DNA of 64,000 nt from an uncultured virus (IMG/VR IMGVR_UViG_3300025305_000009) (lineage: Duplodnaviria > Heunggongvirae > Uroviricota > Caudoviricetes): the IMG/VR virus record IMGVR_UViG_3300025305_000009, one strand, 5' to 3'. Each line of letters opens with the position of its first letter. The first letter of the stretch is position 1. A model generated the notes under the pieces. That model was not told the origin of the DNA, did not search any database, and worked only from the letters and a program-made list of their open reading frames with translations. A program made the translations under genes and the position numbers. This document shows, piece after piece, positions 58,812-64,000 of the stretch.

Positions 58812-60455
58812 TTAAAAAGCAAACCATCGATCTTCACCATCCCACTCTCCATCTTCCTCATCTGTTCCATCTACAACAAAACCAAACGGAATCATACTTT
58901 CTTCCATTTTTTCAATTTCTTCTTTATATATTCCTGTTCGCACATCAGTTTCGGTGATTGACTTGAAATATTCCTGCCTTGTCAACCACGCAAAAAGAAC
59001 TAAACACATTACCAAGTCATCTGTGTGACCATCATCTGCTTCAAAAGAATTACGTTTTGCAACAAAACTCACAAGTTCATTCACAATATCAACATCCTCT
59101 ATGAGTATCTTATTTTCTTCAATAAGACTTTTTAACACAGAACACCCAAGTTTCTTGACTGGTCCCGTGGTCCGAACACCCAACTGAGATTGGGATTTGC
59201 CCGTAGCACCGAAACCACCACTCACAACTTGACCTGCTCTACCTTTATATACCGTCATCATGACATTTTCATATTCTAAGTCTTGATGTAGAATATCTGC
59301 AACTTGTCCACCGATGTCATTAATTTCAACCAAGATGTATGCATTATTGTAATTTTTAGCAACAGTTGATATAACAGTAGGATATACCATAGGAGATACT
59401 GTGTTGTTCCTATACTTTGCAACAATCTTATATGGTAACTCTGTGGTATCTACAACTAGAAATGCACTATAGTCTTTTCCTTGTCCTCGCGCAGTATCGA
59501 CAGTTATGTAATAATGTCTATCTTCTTTAGGTTTTTCGTATATCCACAATCCGTCTGCATTTTTTTCTTTTGGTTCAATCCAATTCAAAATTTTAAGTTT
59601 AGAAGAAGTAATTAAAGTATTTTGGCTACCAAGGAATGAACATTCCATTTCTTGATCAAATTGCTGTTGAGAAGTATTTTTAATGATTTCTTCTTTCCAT
59701 TTTTCATTTCTACCGGGAACTTGACTCCAATGAACTTCAAACGGAACATAATCATTCTTCCCTGCTTCTCCAAGTTTCTTGGTTGCTCCCTGCCAATAAT
59801 AATAAAACATGTTTAACCCATTTGGTGTTGAAATCATAATCACTTTAGTATCGCTACCTGATGTGATGGTAGGATATACAGAATTGAAGAATTCATCAGC
59901 AATGGTACTAGAAACATGGGCAAATTCATCAAGTAAAATTACATTGTATGACCCACCACGAATTGCGGATGCTGAAGTAGAAGATGCAAGAATCTTAGAA
60001 CCATTTTCTAATTCAATGCTTCCTTTGTTCCATGCAATAATACCTTGTTGAAGCCAAAGGGGAAGGTATTCATATGCAAGTTGAAGTCTACCTAAAATAT
60101 CTCTTGACACAGCCTGTTTGTTTGCAAGAACAGCAATACTCATACTCTGATTGAATAAAACGTAGTGAAGAAGATAAGAAATCATGGTCGTTGATTTCCC
60201 GGTCTGCCGTGGCAACTTACCAATAAAGAAACGATTATTATGAATGATATTCACCATTTCTTCTTGAAAATCATATAAATCAAACGGTATAAGTCCTTCA
60301 TCCAAAGAAACAATCTTCACATAATTTCGTATAAAATAAACAGGATCTTGAGAACATTTAATGTATTCTTTAACCTGTTCTTTTGTATATTCTACTTCAA
60401 CCCCAGTTGGCTTGAGGTTGGGGTTTCCCATATACCCTTCTTGTTTAATCGTCAT
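58812..60455 (-). CDS. gp17: Terminase large subunit gp17
   Basis: YMGNPNLK, PRQTGKST, LLDEFAH, STPNG, DTARG..DYSA, HTDDLVM. Confidence 0.97.
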   Translation of the reverse strand: MTIKQEGYMGNPNLKPTGVEVEYTKEQVKEYIKCSQDPVYFIRNYVKIVSLDEGLIPFDLYDFQEEMVNIIHNNRFFIGKLPRQTGKSTTMISYLLHYVLFNQSMSIAVLANKQAVSRDILGRLQLAYEYLPLWLQQGIIAWNKGSIELENGSKILASSTSASAIRGGSYNVILLDEFAHVSSTIADEFFNSVYPTITSGSDTKVIMISTPNGLNMFYYYWQGATKKLGEAGKNDYVPFEVHWSQVPGRNEKWKEEIIKNTSQQQFDQEMECSFLGSQNTLITSSKLKILNWIEPKEKNADGLWIYEKPKEDRHYYITVDTARGQGKDYSAFLVVDTTELPYKIVAKYRNNTVSPMVYPTVISTVAKNYNNAYILVEINDIGGQVADILHQDLEYENVMMTVYKGRAGQVVSGGFGATGKSQSQLGVRTTGPVKKLGCSVLKSLIEENKILIEDVDIVNELVSFVAKRNSFEADDGHTDDLVMCLVLFAWLTRQEYFKSITETDVRTGIYKEEIEKMEESMIPFGFVVDGTDEEDGEWDGEDRWFAF

Positions 60456-60933
60456 TGTCTATTACCTCACCATCAATCACTACATCATGAACACCCTCTA
60501 ATTTTTTCTTATTGGTGCTGCGTTCTGTATTGATAAGGTTTTGCAATTCCTTAGTAGAGCCAATATAAAGAGAATTATTAGTAGTGTTATGAATGTTGAC
60601 TTCTTCTTTGTTGATTACCTTCATTTTTTGATGTAAATCAATAAGATCTTTGTTTGCTTCGGAAACCGTCTTAATCATTTGAGCAGCGACTTCATATGCA
60701 CGGGGGGAATCCCCTTCAGTCGCAACTTTAAGAATACCTTCAATTGCATCTTCGCCTGTAGAAATAAGTTCTTTCATGTTTTCTCGGACCAACCAATAGT
60801 CTTTTTTACTATCGCTGGCATCCACTTCAACCCGAATGACTTTTCTTTTGACTTCTATTTCCTTTACTTTTTTTTCAAATTCAACGTCTAATGCTTCTGA
60901 TAATTTTTCATTAACACTTTTTTTGTTACTCAT
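60445..60933 (-). CDS. gp16: Terminase small subunit gp16
   Basis: SPRAYEVA, NNSLYIGSTKELQ; upstream of gp17. Confidence 0.9.
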   Translation of the reverse strand: MSNKKSVNEKLSEALDVEFEKKVKEIEVKRKVIRVEVDASDSKKDYWLVRENMKELISTGEDAIEGILKVATEGDSPRAYEVAAQMIKTVSEANKDLIDLHQKMKVINKEEVNIHNTTNNSLYIGSTKELQNLINTERSTNKKKLEGVHDVVIDGEVIDNDD

Positions 60934-61693
60934 AATAATACTCACCATAAATTTGACCACTTGCGGTATATCCATCACCAGTGAATCCACCTGTTATACC
61001 AATACGAAGATCCTGTGCATCACCTACCAATCCATCAAACGCAGTATCAAATCCATGAATATCAATTTCAGATTGAAGAATTATACGATTAGTTTTCTCT
61101 GGTCCATACACATATGTCTTTGCAGTAAACTCAAAAGTAGTTGTGATGTTTCTTCTTGTATCAAAAGTGCCTTCATATTCTTCAATCATATTAACCGAAT
61201 TTAACACAATAGGAACATCTACTTTTGTATTTACATCGTTTATTTTGAATGTGACTATAAATTCAGGACTAAAATAAGGAAGGATTTGTTCAACAATCTG
61301 AAGATTATCATCTTGATTTCTAGTAAATGAATATAAACCGAAGGAAATATTATAAGGAACTTCGGCATAGTTCCATTTTTCTACCAACCCATCAGTAGAA
61401 GACGCATTTGTTGTTCTAAGTTTATTTGATCTTCTAATAGGATCATATACAAATCCTGTAATATCAAAACCCAATCTCGGAAGAGTTATTTGCGTATGGG
61501 TATTATCTGAAATACTACTATCTTCGGAAATCCTGCGAATGAACTTTTCTTTTGGACCATAAGACAAAGGTACTCGGATGGTTTCCTTGGTCGTACCATC
61601 TGAATTTTTACGAACAATTCTGATATCATTAAAAATAGAACCAAATCCAATTACAGTTTTTCTAATAGATTCGTTGTAAAATTGTGTAAACAT
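60926..61693 (-). CDS. gp15: Tail sheath terminator gp15
   Basis: FY..SIRK...GFG..FN, VPLSYGPKEKF, LPR..F, QIVEQILPYF.P. Confidence 0.93.
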   Translation of the reverse strand: MFTQFYNESIRKTVIGFGSIFNDIRIVRKNSDGTTKETIRVPLSYGPKEKFIRRISEDSSISDNTHTQITLPRLGFDITGFVYDPIRRSNKLRTTNASSTDGLVEKWNYAEVPYNISFGLYSFTRNQDDNLQIVEQILPYFSPEFIVTFKINDVNTKVDVPIVLNSVNMIEEYEGTFDTRRNITTTFEFTAKTYVYGPEKTNRIILQSEIDIHGFDTAFDGLVGDAQDLRIGITGGFTGDGYTASGQIYGEYYYE

Positions 61694-62622
61694 CAGAAGT
61701 TGCCCTCACTGAAAGGATCCGTATCTGTGAAGTCAAAGATATCATCTTGATCTCTAAACAATTCAATATATTCATTATCACCTGCTGGTTTATCATCTTG
61801 GGGTTCTTGCGGAATAATAAGAGTTGTTGTTGTGCTGCTATTAATTTCATATTCTGCACCCGAAACAGCACCTCTTAAAGTTTGACCAGTTGATGTTAAT
61901 ATGGTCCCGACAATATTTGTAAGGGTAAGTTTCGTATCAGATGAACTCCAATCTGTTGCGGTTGCTGTCGCAGTTGCATTTGCCAGCAATGCAGTATCTC
62001 CAGTAACACCAGAAACCTGAAACACCGATTCGCCCTCAAAGAAATTAGTTGCAGCAACACCACTGATCCGTGTACCAAGATCAAACTCAATGGCAAATTT
62101 CTTAATTTCACTTTCAACAGTATCAATATCGCTATACCCTGTGTCAATTTCTTCTTGACTATAGGTGAACACTTCACATGATAATCTATATGTAAACAAC
62201 TTACCTAATTGATAAAATGGATTTTCATGTTCTACAAAATTAATTTCAAAAAGGGTTTTACTCAACGGAAAATATATTAAATCACCTTCTTTTGGTCTAG
62301 TAATACTTTCATAAATACCAACCGTTTCTTCAAACCTTTTTCGTGAAACAATAAGATCCATTCTATCTTTGATCTCAATCCCAAACTTAGACAGAATATC
62401 ACCCTCACCTTCAAACCCATCAACACTTGCAATATACATTTCTAATTGGTATCCATCATCAAATTTAGAGATTGTATCTTCACCAAACAATTCATCTTTA
62501 TTAACTAGAGTTCGGGGAACATAAACCATGTCTCTGCCCATTGATTTAATAATTTCAATGGAGAGATCTTCAACGGCATTTTGTTCGCCTGAGTAATCTT
62601 TAAAGTGCGGATTTCTTGCCAT
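61693..62622 (-). CDS. gp14: Neck protein gp14
   Basis: EMYI..VDGFEG, SKFG, RPKEGDLIYFP, FEI.FVEHE.PFYQLG, DFT..DPF. Confidence 0.93.
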   Translation of the reverse strand: MARNPHFKDYSGEQNAVEDLSIEIIKSMGRDMVYVPRTLVNKDELFGEDTISKFDDGYQLEMYIASVDGFEGEGDILSKFGIEIKDRMDLIVSRKRFEETVGIYESITRPKEGDLIYFPLSKTLFEINFVEHENPFYQLGKLFTYRLSCEVFTYSQEEIDTGYSDIDTVESEIKKFAIEFDLGTRISGVAATNFFEGESVFQVSGVTGDTALLANATATATATDWSSSDTKLTLTNIVGTILTSTGQTLRGAVSGAEYEINSSTTTTLIIPQEPQDDKPAGDNEYIELFRDQDDIFDFTDTDPFSEGNF

Positions 62623-62626
62623 TAAA

Positions 62627-63430
62627 TTAACCTACATTAAAATCAATTGGGAGTTCATATGTATTTTTCAATTCTTCTTCTAGTCTCTGAATTTCTTCAT
62701 TTGCCTCGTTATATATTTCCCCACCCCGAAGAGAAACACCACCCGGCAATTGAATACCTTCAAATTTAGACATATTCTGTCCCCATTGGCGTTTGATGAG
62801 AACAGTTGTATATTTTTTCAACCAAACATCATCAAATATTTGAGAGAACGTAACAGAAGGTACTTTCACATATGCTTCAATTACTAAATATTTACCAACA
62901 GAAATATCAGATTTATTCATGTCTAAATGTATTTTATTTGACACTTTATTGAATCTAATTATTTTTTCGGGCTGAAAGAAATCTTCAATCATGTTAATAT
63001 ATCTTTTAGTTGAATCATACCTGGCTAAACCTACACTACTGTTAGCACCCAATCCTCGGTTGATTCCAAAATAATCAGACAATGCCATTTGGTATCTCAC
63101 ATCAAACATGTTGATGTTTGCAAAAGTTCCAAACTGAAACAAACGAGACACACTCAATATGTCTTTTCCAGTAGGGCCATCTCCTGTAGGACCGTTTATT
63201 GGACCCAGACTATCGGTACTGATATACAGATTATCTTTGTCTGTTTGAGTAATTTTATAACTGAAGTATGCCTTTTCAGAACCATCAAAGTGTCGTTCTG
63301 AGAACATCTCCAATGCTTCGTCTAAACGATCTTCACATTGTTGTCTATCAACATTAATTTCTACCACTGGAGAGCCTAGTTTCCGAAGAGAATAGTCTAT
63401 CAATTCGTCCCTAGATGTTGGTGCTGCCAT
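62627..63430 (-). CDS. gp13: Neck protein gp13
   Basis: LRKLG.PV.EINV, WLKKY...LIKRQWG.N.SKF.G.QLPGGV. Confidence 0.94.
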   Translation of the reverse strand: MAAPTSRDELIDYSLRKLGSPVVEINVDRQQCEDRLDEALEMFSERHFDGSEKAYFSYKITQTDKDNLYISTDSLGPINGPTGDGPTGKDILSVSRLFQFGTFANINMFDVRYQMALSDYFGINRGLGANSSVGLARYDSTKRYINMIEDFFQPEKIIRFNKVSNKIHLDMNKSDISVGKYLVIEAYVKVPSVTFSQIFDDVWLKKYTTVLIKRQWGQNMSKFEGIQLPGGVSLRGGEIYNEANEEIQRLEEELKNTYELPIDFNVG

Positions 63431-63455
63431 TAGATAACTCCTGATGTCTTTCTTA

Positions 63456-63463
63456 TATGTATA
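63456..63463 (-). promoter_or_regulatory. Late-promoter variant TATACATA
   Basis: Upstream of gp13. Confidence 0.65.
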
Positions 63464-63486
63464 AAAGCATCAGAAGTAAAGTTGTT

Positions 63487-63978
63487 TTATGAATTAGTTT
63501 TTATCTCTTCTTTTGGTGGAGGTGCTGGTTGTTCACCAATCTTGACTGGAACTTTTCGTATTTCTTTATAATCTACATTTTCAATATAATATTTGCGGGT
63601 AACCGGTTCTTCTGCTTCGTCTGGTGTGCTAACAACATAATTCGTAAAACCAGGCATCTGTAAAGGACATGCTAATTTTGGATAATCCAATTTACTATAT
63701 TCATCTGCTTCTTGTACGAGCCATGTCGTTTTTTTGTCGCCACATCCACATGCACCACAATAATTCTTCCCTTCACCAACATCACTATCTATAAGATGCT
63801 CACAAGGAGGCAGAATTCCACCTTGATCTTGATTACCAAAACAACTCAACACACGAAGTTGTTTTATAGGAGTGTTGATTTTCTTGTTGCCAAAATTTCG
63901 TGATGCAAGTGCAACAGCAAAACTCTGAACCATACTGAGTTTCTGTTTAATACCTCGTTTATTTGGGTCTACAGGCAC
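63487..63978 (-). CDS. Hypothetical Cys-motif protein (true start may lie outside window)
   Basis: SCFG...PCEHL...YCGACGCG...ACPL putative metal-binding pattern. Confidence 0.6.
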   Translation of the reverse strand: MPVDPNKRGIKQKLSMVQSFAVALASRNFGNKKINTPIKQLRVLSCFGNQDQGGILPPCEHLIDSDVGEGKNYCGACGCGDKKTTWLVQEADEYSKLDYPKLACPLQMPGFTNYVVSTPDEAEEPVTRKYYIENVDYKEIRKVPVKIGEQPAPPPKEEIKTNS

Positions 63979-64000
63979 ACTACGAAATTGAACATCATCT

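Noticed and set aside
1..64000. tRNA/rRNA genes and stop-codon reassignment
   Set aside because: Intergenic gaps are short with no cloverleaf seen; core genes are full length in the standard code, with TAA, TAG and TGA all used as stops.

Overview
This 64 kb window is part of a T4-like (cyanomyovirus-style gene order) myovirus genome. Essentially every gene lies on the minus strand. In reading direction (right to left) it contains the neck/tail/head module (gp13-14-15-16-17-18-19-20-core-21-22-23-3), then uvsY-uvsW-gp55-gp47-gp46, and a small repeat-flanked cassette region (adenine methyltransferase, RHH-like ORF). Next come a thioredoxin-glutamine synthetase II fusion, a 26-Cys protein, and the replisome operon gp45-[fcl-gmd]-gp44-[groES]-gp62-regA. 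A ~20 kb glycan-biosynthesis island follows (about 11 glycosyltransferase-like genes, ColD-type dehydratase, O-methyltransferase, PRK-aldolase fusion, nucleotidyltransferase, phosphatases, NadE, UDP-Glc dehydrogenase, epimerase). It abuts a collagen/fibre module. The window ends with dUTPase, DUF1599-like protein, a DNA methyltransferase, gp43, uvsX, gp41, gp61, thyX and a class II ribonucleotide reductase cut by the window edge. Main hypotheses: (1) a phage-encoded virion glycosylation system whose acceptor may be a G-x-T(G) motif seen in many structural proteins; (2) a redox-coupled Trx-GSII fusion under a sigma70-type promoter; (3) a DNA methyltransferase with the same C-terminal clamp-binding-like motif as the polymerase; (4) gene cassettes delimited by serial copies of the gp46 3' end. 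All family calls come from motif recognition by eye; no searches were run.
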